A DNA stretch of 64,000 nt from positions 1,488,001-1,552,000 of the forward strand of contig MU057711.1 in assembly GCA_013265495.1 (NCBI GenBank), given 5' to 3'. The notes beneath the pieces are model-generated. The model did not search any database. It saw only the letters and a program-made list of their open reading frames with translations, and was not told where the DNA came from. Positions 52,601 through 64,000 of the stretch are shown here, one piece after another. Position 1 is the first letter of the stretch. Every line of letters begins with the position of its first letter. Position numbers and translations under genes: made by a program. The stretch is from Vicugna vicugna. Its lineage: Eukaryota.

Positions 52601-54819
52601 TGATCCTGGAATAGACAACCAATCAGCCAATACTGACTCATGTTATTAGGTGTTGGGGGAAGGGAAGGATATTCCTGCCCTTTGGAAAATAAAATATGGC
52701 CCCTGCTCTCTAAGGAACTGACAGTATGTTGGGGGTGGGGTGGGGCAAGCAGCAAGGAATACTTGTGCTATAAGGTCAACTTCAGACAACAGGTACAATT
52801 CAATTTTGTTCTAAAAATAAGTGTGGCTGTTCATGGGGATATTGGGGATTTCAGGAGGGGCACAATACCAAGCCTGCACTCCAGAATCCCACAGTCCAGG
52901 GAATCCTATTGTCAAAAGTACTGTAATTCTTCATTCATTTAGGAAATATTTTTCATGCTGATTCTATTCCAGGCACTGTGCTAGACACTGAAAATGTAAG
53001 GAAGGCCAAAAACAAGGTAGATACTTTCATGGAGTTCACAGTCTGGAGGACCAGACAAATGCACACATGATGCAACCAGTAACCCCCCACACACACACTT
53101 CTGCCCACTCATTCATGTGTTCCCTCACTCATTCATTCAGGGAGCATTTATAGAGCACCTCCAAACCCTTCACTGTGCCAGGCTCTGGATGCACTGGGGG
53201 AAAACACAGATAAGGGCTGATTCCCATGGCGTTTAGTGTCCAACAGAGTTGTGGTCAAGGTGTGATCTGAATAGGACAGTTCAGGTGCTCAGTAGAGAGC
53301 CAGGCTCTTACGGGAGGGGTTCAGAGAGGACTTTGTTGATGAGGTGGAGCTCAAGGTCAGAATGGAGCCTGCTTCTTTTCCTGACTCCCTTCTTCTGCAC
53401 CTCCTCCCTGACCCTTTCAGAGTTCAGCAGGGTGAACAAAGACCTCCTTGGGCTCTGGGCTGTGGCCAGGTTTTGCTTTCAACCTAAATACAATTAGGTT
53501 TCTGTCTTCTACAGTATCTGATTATGAAATAAACAATTGAAGAGTGTAAAAAAAAATCCCTTCATAATCATAAAGTTCTCCTTTCTGACTTCAGCTTCAG
53601 TGTCTCCTCACTGCTGCCAGAAGTATTTTTCCAGTGTGAAGACCTAACAACAAATCCAAACACTAACCCATGAGTCTAATCTTGGCCTCTTCTTCACTGC
53701 CCCTGTTCACTGCCATTCCAGGGTCAAAGCTGGGACTTCCCAGGGACAGGCTGAGCACAGAGTGAAACGGGAATAGGTGAGAGCAAATGCCGGTGCCTGG
53801 GAAGGTTTCCCTGCCAGCACAGGGTCTAGGAGCACTATCATGTTAGCGTTCCTATCGGTGATGCAGGTGGGTCCACAACTGAGAGTTCCTCTGAAGGACC
53901 GTGTCACTGGCTGCAATCATGCCAGGCATAGTTTGCTTTCACTCCTGACCCCACCACAGGTCACCTGTGCACTACAGGAGGCACTGAGCCAAGCAAGATG
54001 AGCAGAATGCAGTTCCTGCCTTCGAGGGGCTCACCTTCTAAAGGGACACAGATATGCAAACAGGACCCATACCCTAATGGGGGAGTGTGTGGACATGCAG
54101 ACAGAATATTGATTCACAGTGACTGATGCAAATATATGTAGAATGGGGGTGGAGATGAAAGACAAGGTAAAAATCCCGTTATCATGATTGACTGGAGGTG
54201 GGTGGGGAGATGAAGGTGTAGGGAAGAGAACAGACAGGGGGTCCTAGTTCACTTGCTCTGTGTCCCTTCCCCCCTCTGGTTTCAGTTTTCCTATTTGTTT
54301 GATGTCCCCCCTTAGTCTTGCTTCTGTAATAGTGTGATGTCCCAGGTGTCCAGCACCCCTTATTGTTGTTAGCATTTATTCAGCACCTACTACATGTCAG
54401 GCAGTGCTGAACACTTTTTATACCTTTTAGCAACCACTTTGCTGTGAAGGCATTACTCTTCCCATTTCAAATATGAGCAAACTGAGGCTCAGAGAGAGTG
54501 CATGTATCTTCAGTTAGAAGCCCTGTGCAAAAAGGCCAAGAACCTTTGTAATCCTCGCTCCCGGGAAAGATTTTCTTTCCCACTGAACTGGCTCTCACTG
54601 CACTTCTCTCCCAGTTTGACCTTCCAGTTCAAACGCACAGCTTGCCGCCCCCAGACTCTGGAAAAAAAAATTCACTCTTTTGCTTGAAAGCTGGTAGGGG
54701 TGACAAAGACTGGGCCAAATGTAAACTGTGAATAGGGGGTAGGAGAAGACAGACTCACAGACTCATTGATCAGGAAAGTTAGATCCCCTCAGGAAACCTG
54801 AGACGTCTTCCAGCCCATC

Positions 54820-55350
54820 CCTTGCATTCGGGAGTTGAGGAAATCGAGGTTCAGGCTGGGGGAGAGCATAATCTCAGGTCGCACAATCGCGCTAGAGGTC
54901 AAGTGCAGGGGGCGCCCGCACCTCCAGGTCTTCCCGCCTCTGCTGGGTCGGCGGGGTTGCAGAACCCCACCCAGCCCGCGTGGAAACGTCAGATCCCCTC
55001 GCTCCACCTGGCACTCTCCCTCCACTCCTCCATTAAGGCAACAATTATGGAGTGGGGTGAGGCTCCCTCTCCATCTGGATAATTATATTCTCATTAGGAG
55101 CGGATCCGCCAGGGCCGGGAGCATCAGCTCCAGCGCCGCTTGGAGGATGCGCTCCCAGCTCTGCTAAGGATGGAAGCAGTGGCGAGCTAGCGAGCGAGCG
55201 AGCGAACTCCGGGCCCGCGCGGGACCTCACACAACCTGGCGCTGCGCAGCAGACAACACAAATGACAGTAACTCTGGCTCCTCGCCAGGGGTCCAACGCT
55301 GGCCCGAGGGCGCCCAGAATCACACGACCCTACCTTGGAAAATCGGGGCC
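54820..55350. promoter_or_regulatory. Small orphan CpG island downstream of CBLN1
   Basis: Abrupt CpG-rich block with a (GCGA)n run at ~55190-55205 and no credible coding exon. Confidence 0.65.
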
Positions 55351-57779
55351 TGGAAGTCAGGTCTGGGCTCATTGTGTCCTAGAAACCCACGAGTTGCCCT
55401 GCACCAGACCCTAACTCAGGTCTGCCCTCAGGGAACTGGGTGGGAAACGAGGCAGTTTTCTAAGAAAGACCATATACCAAAGAGGGAGATCAGAAACATA
55501 TAACCTCTCTGTTTATCTGGGGTGAGGAAGGCTTCCCGGAGGAGGTGACTATTGAGGCAGGAGAGGAGGAAATAACTAAGGTAACCTAGGCAGGGGAGGA
55601 GTCATTCAGAGGGTGAGGCTGAATGAGGGGATGATCCTGGAACCCTGTAGGCTCAATTCTGATCAGGTTTATTTGAGATGAAAGCAGAAAGCGGGGTCCA
55701 GATCTGGAAGGGTCTAGAGGATTCTAAGCATTAAAGGAAGCTACTGTGAGGTGTAGTTTAGAATCACACCCCTCACCCCAGCCTCTGTTTGGGGACAGGG
55801 AGGCAGTCGCCACTGAGCTAATGGCGCCTTTTTTCTCTATCCCTCTCAATCCCCAACCATCCTGGCAGCTGGGACACAATTTTCAAATGAAGGTCGATTC
55901 ATCTGCCTCTGGCAGAGGTAACGATCACCCCCACTTTTGTTGCGGAATTGAGGGAGTTAGCCTAGCCACCAATGTCAAGCCCCAGCTAGGCCTCTAAACT
56001 CCAGATCCCTGGGGAGAGCTGTCCATAGCCCCACCCAGGCTAATGGGAGGCTCAGGTCTGAGCTGAGAGGTGGAGAACCCCCACATTTCACCCCGACACC
56101 CCTGGGGCAGCACTGCCAGCTTAGCATTTTCCAGCGCTTGCTGATGTGAGTCACCACTGCCACTAGAACCCACTGCAGAGCAACAGACAGGCCCAGGTCC
56201 CAATGTCCCCTCCCTGCCAGTGCCAAACAAGACTTGGTGGGAGAGTGAGGAGAGGGTGGTGAGCCTTGGGAAGGCAGGGCCTGTGCTGTACAGACAGGAC
56301 CCCTTCCCGAAGGATGAAGCCCTTTAGTTGAACTGCTTAGATCCCCAGAAAGATAAAATTTTGAAAAGTAGGGGAAGAGAAAAAGGGTGCTTCAACATGA
56401 AGCAAAGAAACAGCAGGTGCAGGGGCTTGAAGACATTAGTGGGAGAGGGTTCATCCAACGGCTGAGAGAAGGGATCAGCAGGTGGAAGAACTGAGAAGGG
56501 TCTCCAAAGTCAAGGTCTGGGGAGGAAGAGGGCCAACTGGAGCCAGAGCTGAATCAACGGATATCTTTGCCCTCTCTATCCTACCTGGTGCCCCTTTGGT
56601 CTCCTCTGTGTTCACATGTCAGGCCCCAGAGCAGGGGCTCAAAGTGAGCCTGAGTTCCTGGATGTACAGGCTTCCCCTTGGCCTCCAGCCCAGCTTCAGG
56701 CCTGGCATTCAAGAGGCTGCCCTCAGGAGCCCTATCAGCCAGGCTGCAGCCAGGACTCACTAAACCCAGGTAATAACTGGGTGGAACAGAGGACAGCTGG
56801 AATTTTAGGCAAGAAGGCCCTTGGAGACGTTTGGGTTCCTCACTGTCTTTATATAAATGGGCAAACTGAGGCCAAGCTAGAGGACTTGCCAGAGTTTCCC
56901 AGGAGCACAGCACACTGGTCCCACCCTGGTGGTCCCCTCCTCAGGAAGAAGGGTGCCCACCCACTCACAGCGAGTGAGCTCCAAGCACACGTTTTGGGAT
57001 GCAGCTCTCTTGGGCGGTGACTATCTCAGCCCTCTCGGCCATGAGTCCTGGCCTGCGTGTGTCCATGAGCCTGGTGGGCTGGATCTGCTGGCTCAGAGCG
57101 AATAGGTCGGTAGCTCTAGTTCCACTGCCCAAGGTTCAGGCTCTCCCCGACTTCTCCCTCCCAACCGGAAGAATGTTCAGAAAAGGGTATAGGTTAGAAT
57201 CACACCCTGACATTTTTAAAATGAGAAAAAAAATTTCTTAAAGTGTCCCGCTTTTAAAAGAGCAGTTTTTCTCTTTAAGTTCCTGTAGGACTCCTTATTC
57301 CACCCCATCCCCACTTCCCTGGGTTTTGACTAGGGGGTGGGAAGAATGGTGGGGCAGGAACAGAAAAGCACTCGGGTCTGTTCTCACTCCCGAAGTCCCT
57401 ACCCATCCCCGAGGGACTCGGGTCACTGGGGCTCGGGGGGTTGGGGGGAGCCGGCTAGAGACCCCGCCCCCTGGATTGTGCAGGGAGAAATTGGGTTTGA
57501 GTTTCAGCGCAAGCCGGGTGCTTGTTGAATCTCTAAATCAGAGGAGTCGCAGGAATACATTGAGAAACATTGCTTATTGTGATATTATTAACGCTTCGTC
57601 CCACTTCTCTCCACCCTCCAGAAGCTAATTAAATTCACTTCGGAATCTCTAGACCAGCGAAAATCCTCTAAAACGACCAGAGCCAGAGGGGCCTATCCAG
57701 GCCAGGATTCTGCCCCTTGACTGCCCACCTGCTTACCCACGCCCGACCTCCCCGCTGCTGAAGCGACTGGGTCAGACTT

Positions 57780-59245
57780 CCAGATTCAAAACGAAGTCAT
57801 TTATTTCAGTTTTGCTTTTCACATTGTGTTCCGATACAATCAAAACTCCTGGACGAACCTCCTGAATAAAAGTCCTGCGATGAGCGCAATCACAGACCCC
57901 AGGCGCCGGGTAACACGGCGGGTCCCGGGGCGCGCTCGGAGTTGAGGTGGCGGTATAAAACAGACGCTGCTTCGGGGTCTGTGGAGCGGCAGGGCCGGAG
58001 GCAGAGGCGTGGGAAGCGTGACGCTCCGGGCAGAAATGTTCCGGTTCCTCGAACTGAGATTATTCCTGATGCGTTTGGACTACAAGCCCAAACTTCGCGC
58101 TCCCAGGCCGGCAGCCGGGCGTGGCCTAGCAAGATTTCGGCCAAATTTCTTCCGTTTGCGCCAAAGCAGGGAGCACAGTTGAATGCTGCACTGGCCCTAG
58201 GCCTGGCGTGGAAAGGAGCGCAGGCCGACTTCGCGAGGAAGCCCTCTAGCCCTGGCCTTTCTCAGGTTGCATTCCACCAAGTACCCTACACCTCTGAATC
58301 TCGCCCTTCCGCACCCTTGGCCCCAGATCTCGCAACTGCGGAAGATGCGGAGTTTAGAAAGCTGTTTCAGAGAAGTAAAAGTCTCACTTCAACTTAATTG
58401 GATTAAAGCAAAATTAAATCTTGGCTATTCACACGTATGTTACAGAGGACGAGGAAGCGTCCGGAAGAACCTCCTGGCGTTTAGTGGAGCCACAGAATAC
58501 GAGGGCATTGACAAGCTTCAAAACATCAGGCAGCCTTAGATTTCACGATCACTCCGAATAGGACATAGAAATACGGAAATACAGCAGTTTCCACTGGGAA
58601 GAGTTCTTCGTGTACAAATGATATATATTTTTATATGTATTTTTAAACCAGTCACCACTAAGGTGAGTCCTTTCTCTGCTAACAAGTAGCCAAGGATACA
58701 AAGTATCTTCAGTTAATTAACTCGAGCAGTGTTTTAAGAAGAGCAATACTTGCCAAATTGAAACTACCTCCCTCATTCAAAAAAAAAAAAATACATCCCA
58801 CTCTCCAAAATAAAAAAGTGGGGAGGGACATACTAGATTTCAGCAGGTGAAAAGATTCAGAAGGGGATTCAGAGGAGGAAGATATTTCACATTATACAGT
58901 GAAATGCAAAGTTTCTTTTATATAAATTGTAGGGAACATGAACATTAGGGTAAGAAACAATGACAAGGCAGTCTCTCTTTGTTGGTTACTGCAACTGGAA
59001 TGGGGGAGGCGAGTTTATTTTTGGAAATGGAAGTGCGCAGAGCTAAGCGGAATTTACTTTTCCTAATGAGGAAACGGACAAAGTTGTCCGACCGCCGGGT
59101 GCGCACCGTTTACTCGGATACAGCTGGGGAACATGTAGGAAGTTTCAAGTCGTGCCGCTTTCTCGTCCTCTAAATTTCAGCCTCTTTTATCGTTTTCCCC
59201 GCCTGCCTTCGCCCTCTCCCTGCCTCCATTCCAGCAATGAGCCAG
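57780..59245 (-). other. CBLN1: CBLN1 3' UTR (end approximate)
   Basis: Runs from the stop codon to just past a minus-strand AATAAA at 57805-57800; repeat-free, with a U-rich tract (plus-strand A run ~58779-58791). Confidence 0.65.
57800..57805 (-). terminator. Likely distal polyadenylation signal AATAAA of CBLN1
   Basis: Plus-strand TTTATT. A TGTA (CFIm-type) element lies ~30 nt upstream on the minus strand. Confidence 0.6.
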
Positions 59246-59671
<426 letters not shown>

Positions 59672-60276
59672 TCATTTCTTAAGCGAGCAAATCGAATCCC
59701 GACTGCGTTCTTTTATCCAGTTTAATGAATCCGTAGGTGGCTCAAGCACCCAGAGACCTTCGGCCTCGCCCTCCCCCCAGCCCCAAAGAGAAAATCAGGC
59801 AACTGGCGCTTCCGGGAAAACAAACACGAGCAAGCAAACAAACAAAAATCCTGGCTCCTCCTGGTCTCGGCTGCCGGGACACAGCGGAGACGCGGTGGAG
59901 AAGCCAGGCAAGGCTTCCGGCTGATGAGAAATCTCGCACAGAGCGGCACTCTGTGCTTCATTCCCAAACCTCGGGCTCAGTTCCCTTCCCAGATCCAGCC
60001 CCGCCCGCCACCGCCTGGTTTTGCCCTTGCGGTGGCATCAGCAGCCAAAGGCCCAGTATCTTCTCCCCAGCTGCGCGTTCCACCCTCTGTGTCCGCCCCA
60101 AAAAAACCTGGACACCTTTGGGAACCTGGAGAGCAGGTGAGTGCTGGCTGGGGCAAGGCTGGAGCCAGGAGGGAATGGCACTACGCCCCTCCCTTTTCTC
60201 TCCACCCTTCAACTGCTAAGGCTCGGCGCTGCTTCTTTAAAAAACCGGAGTCGGTCCGCAAAGGGACGCCAGGAGA

Positions 60277-60297
60277 CCCCCTGAGCATGGTGCTGAA
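60277..60297 (-). promoter_or_regulatory. Second, degenerate RE1-like site
   Basis: Minus strand TTCAGCACCATGCTCAGGGGG: perfect left half, degenerate right half, same orientation as the first site and 71 bp from it. Confidence 0.5.
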
Positions 60298-60347
60298 CGC
60301 CAGCGCACAAGGGTCTCGGGAGGCTTCGGAGCTGGGACAGGGTTCGT

Positions 60348-60368
60348 GGTACTGTCCGTGGTGCTGAA
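60348..60368 (-). promoter_or_regulatory. RE1/NRSE (REST binding site) in CBLN1 intron 2
   Basis: Minus strand reads TTCAGCACCACGGACAGTACC, 19/21 to the consensus TTCAGCACCACGGACAGCGCC. Confidence 0.92.
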
Positions 60369-60675
60369 AGCGAGGATCTCGGAAAGCTTCCGGAAGCGGG
60401 AACTGTCTGTAATGCTAACAGCAATCTCTAAGGGAAATCCCTGGAGTCCCGTAGCGGAACCTCTTTGGAGGGTCCGGGAAGGCAGAGGTAGGAAATTATG
60501 CCTGGGGATGGAACTAGGTTCCAAGAACCAATGACAGGGGAAGCAAGAGAAGTCTAAGCCACAGAACCGTGAGGCCTTGCTTCCCGTCCCTCCAAGCAGC
60601 CCCGGACACATGCAGCTGCCCCTTCTATCTCCCACCGCATAGGGCCAGCTCAACCCCGTGGCTAATAGCCCCCTA

Positions 60676-60831
<156 letters not shown>

Positions 60832-60968
60832 CTATAACGAGACGGGAACGAAGGGATGTAGGCAAGAATCTGTCCCAAACTCTTGTCCCCGCGTCTCCGG
60901 AGAGACCTTGGAGAGGATCGAACATCTACCTACCAACTCTCCCCCGACCCTCACCAATCCAGCCTTCA

Positions 60969-61370
<402 letters not shown>

Positions 61371-61599
61371 TCAGCTCCGTGCGCAGCTCCACCGACGCCG
61401 CTCTGGACACTACTGATCTTCCTTGGACTCCTGGGCAAGGCTGCCCCCCGCGCGAAGCTCCCGGAGCCCCGCCCGGGCCTCAGGGGTGCCGTGGCTGCCC
61501 AGCCGCACTTGGATGCATAGCCACTGTCGCTCGATCCCCGCTGCTTCCGCCGCCTTCTGCCCGCACCCGCCGCTGCCGCCGCCGCCGCCGCTCTGAATT

Positions 61600-61800
61600 A
61601 TTGATGCAGCCGGCGCTGCAGCCGGAGCGGGCCTGGAGAGCGCGCGCCGGGCACAAAGGCGCGGACTGCGGCCTGGCCCCGCCCCTGCTGCCTCCCAGCC
61701 CGCCTCCCTCCACAGCCCCGCCCCTGCTCAGGCCGAGGCCCCGCCCCCAAGCCAATCACGGCGTGCCGCGCTCCCCGCTGAGCCAATGACGGGGCTGTCC
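61600..61800 (-). promoter_or_regulatory. CBLN1 proximal promoter (GC boxes and two CCAAT boxes; TSS not determinable, probably ~61500-61650)
   Basis: CCCCGCCC boxes near 61677, 61716 and 61739. GCCAATCA has CCAAT at 61752-61756 and GCCAATGA has CCAAT at 61783-61787, 31 bp apart. No clear TATA box. Confidence 0.75.
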
Positions 61801-62125
61801 GCGCGCGGCCACCTGACCCCGGGCGCCGTTGTTATTAGGCGCGGCAAGACGGGTGGCGCGCGGCAGCAGGGTTGGGCTCTGGCCGCGAGTCGACTGAGGG
61901 AGCGAGGGCCGGGAGCGCGCACGCGCGCCCGAGCCCGGACCGTATGCCGCGGCCGCTCGCTCTATCACCTCCCGCCTCCCTCCTCGGTCTTGTTCAGCCC
62001 CATCAGCCCTTCCGCCCGCCTCCCTCGCCGGCCTTCAGGTATGAGGCGGCGCGCGCGCCCAGGGTTCGGAATAGGTTCGCAAGGGGCCTAGAGAAGCCCG
62101 CGTGTGGGCGCGAGGGGCGGGGGAT

Positions 62126-62144
62126 GAGCGCCCCCTAGCGGGCG
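62126..62144 (-). promoter_or_regulatory. CTCF motif upstream of CBLN1
   Basis: Minus strand CGCCCGCTAGGGGGCGCTC; the core CCGCTAGGGGGCGC fits the CTCF consensus CC(A/G)(C/G)(C/T)AG(A/G)(G/T)GGC(A/G)C. Confidence 0.7.
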
Positions 62145-62423
62145 AAGGCGCGAGGGGCAGCCGGAGCGCGGGTAAGCCTCGGCGTGCGGGCTGGCCGGGC
62201 GGCCGGGCTGCAGGGCGCGTGCGTGTGCGGCTGGGCGGGGCGGGGCGTGCGCCGCGGCCACCCAGAGAGGCGCACGTGCCGCGCCCGGGAGCAGGCGCCA
62301 GGGGCCTAGAGGCCAGTGTCCGCCTTCGCGGCCCCGCAGCCCAGAGCTTGGAGCTCGGGCGGGCCTCTCTCGCCCGCTTCTCGAAGCGCCTGCTCTGCGG
62401 GCGCGAAGTTGGATCGAGCCTGC

Positions 62424-62575
62424 ATTCATTCATTCGTTCGTTCATTTATTCGAGATAGATCATTGAACACGTACGAAGTGCCAGGCACAGGACAAGCGCT
62501 GAGGACGCAGTGAGGGCAAAAACAGATAAGGCCTGCCTTCGTGCCTCTTACAGTCTAGTGCAGGAGGCAGTGACA
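62424..62575 (-). mobile_element. L2 3'-end relic at the edge of the promoter CpG island
   Basis: (ATTC)n-like tail then CATTGAACAC.TAC..AGTGCCAGGCAC...CTTACAGTCTAGTG. Confidence 0.8.
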
Positions 62576-63326
62576 AGTACAGTGGCGTCGCAGGCAGGTT
62601 CATTTTCCTGATGCCATTTTAATCTTTTGCACTTAAAATTTATATTTTGCATCCGCACTTTTTATTTCCTATGCACCTTTCTGGTATGTTTTATTCACGT
62701 GTACTTGCTTTGCGTATAGACAACAAATCTTGTGATTTATGGGCGATTTTTCAAGGGTAATTTTGAAATTTCAAGGCGAATGAATTTTCGCCTAACGCAT
62801 TGACTTAGAACTTTACACACACGTAGTCACAAACGAGAAAGTAAAAATACAGATTTGCTAAGGTGGCAGGGGGAGAGGAGCTGCGTAGAGGGTAAGAGGA
62901 AGGGCGCGTTCCAGCCCGGTTGCGGGAAGGCGGGGACCTGGAGATAAACTCAGGCTGTTAATCCGGCGGAGGCAGGAGGGTGAGCGGACCTCTCCGTCAA
63001 ATCCAAAGCAAGAAGGTGACTCCGGACCGCAAGCTGAGGCGGGTCGGGATGCTGCCCACCAGGGTACATGGTCCTTTTGTCCCCGCCAGGCGATCTTGAA
63101 CCTGCGTGCTCAGCGAGCCAGAGCAGATGTGCAGCCGGCGGGGACCCGGCGCGAGCCCGAGAATCTGGAGAGTCGTGCGTCGCAGACTGACAGCACCTCC
63201 TTTCGGCCTCCGGGCTCGCCGCCCGCGGGGTCTGCCGCCGCCTAGGATATGCTCTTATGCTCTCCCCTACTCTGGGAAGCCTGCCTTGGACTCGCCTACA
63301 GTCACTCCTTTGAGCTTCTCAGCCTC

Positions 63327-63359
63327 CTTTGTTTTTGTTTTTGTTTTTGTTTTTGTTTT
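63327..63359. repeat. (GTTTTT)n simple repeat
   Basis: Direct reading. Confidence 0.93.
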
Positions 63360-64000
63360 AAAAATCACCTGGGGGGACCCCATCTCCGACCCTCACCCTC
63401 GCCTGCATTGGGACTCCTGCCCGCCGGGGTCACTGGGTTTGCCAGGAGAAAGGGGAGGGGCAGGGGAAGAAGCAACTGTTTTACTTTAAGTTAAATTGAC
63501 ACCAAACTATTTTTTCAACTCAGATCTTTTTGAGACATCCCCAGAAAGCATTGCCAGCTGTGATTACACCTAATGTGAGAGCATGAACTAATTTAAGAGG
63601 TGAGAGCTGACTAAAGAGACTGTACCTAGCAGAGCCGCAGTGGCTGGCGGCTCCAGCGATGGAGGGTACCTAGAGAAACACCCACGTAGAACCGACGGCG
63701 TGCTCTCAGGGCTCTGGCTCTGCACAGTCGGTCATTCTACAGATATTGACTGAGTGTGGACCCCGTCTCGGGGAAAGCTTGTTTTCATGGAGCTCACAAA
63801 CAGGACTGGATTATCCAGAGGGAGATGATGGGTCTCCAGCCTCCTCCTCTTCTCTTCGTGGTGAGGCTCTGGCAGGCAGTGCCCATGCCTGAACTGCCAT
63901 CTGTATGCCAGTGATTCTCCATCTTGTATGGCCAGTCTTAGCCTCTGCATCCCAGACCTGTCATTCTAAGAGCCAGCTGGATCTCTCTGATTATACATCC

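Noticed and set aside
1..54000. Possible processed pseudogenes, additional genes or a novel gene cluster in the desert
   Set aside because: No ORF showed a recognisable protein family outside L1 and I found no consistent exon chain. Short or non-coding exons cannot be excluded without RNA-seq or a homology search.
54378..54395. TTCAGCACC RE1 left half
   Set aside because: Part of a MIR/L2-type TTTATTCAGCACCTACTA motif with no right half-site.

Overview
This is mammalian, not prokaryotic, genomic DNA, most likely from a camelid (two Vic-1-like tRNA-derived SINEs and an artiodactyl-type L1 3' end). The only protein-coding gene I can support is CBLN1 (cerebellin-1 precursor) on the minus strand. 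It has three coding exons (61244-60981, 60831-60712, 59443-59246), canonical GT-AG phase-0 introns, an intact 193-aa C1q-domain product, a CpG-island promoter and a ~1.45-kb 3' UTR. The remaining ~57 kb is downstream gene desert: decayed L1, L2, MIR, LTR and DNA-transposon relics, microsatellites, two local tandem duplications, and several repeat-free AT-rich blocks that resemble developmental enhancers. The other ORFs in the track are chance or repeat-derived. I see no evidence of a new multi-gene system. The best leads are regulatory: a tandem REST/RE1 pair in intron 2, a last exon that begins with a 5'-splice-site sequence, a complex 5' UTR (uORF, G-quadruplex-type tracts, internal duplication), an oriented CTCF motif, an orphan CpG island, and a palindromic double-octamer element. 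Repeat names and boundaries were recognised by eye and are approximate.
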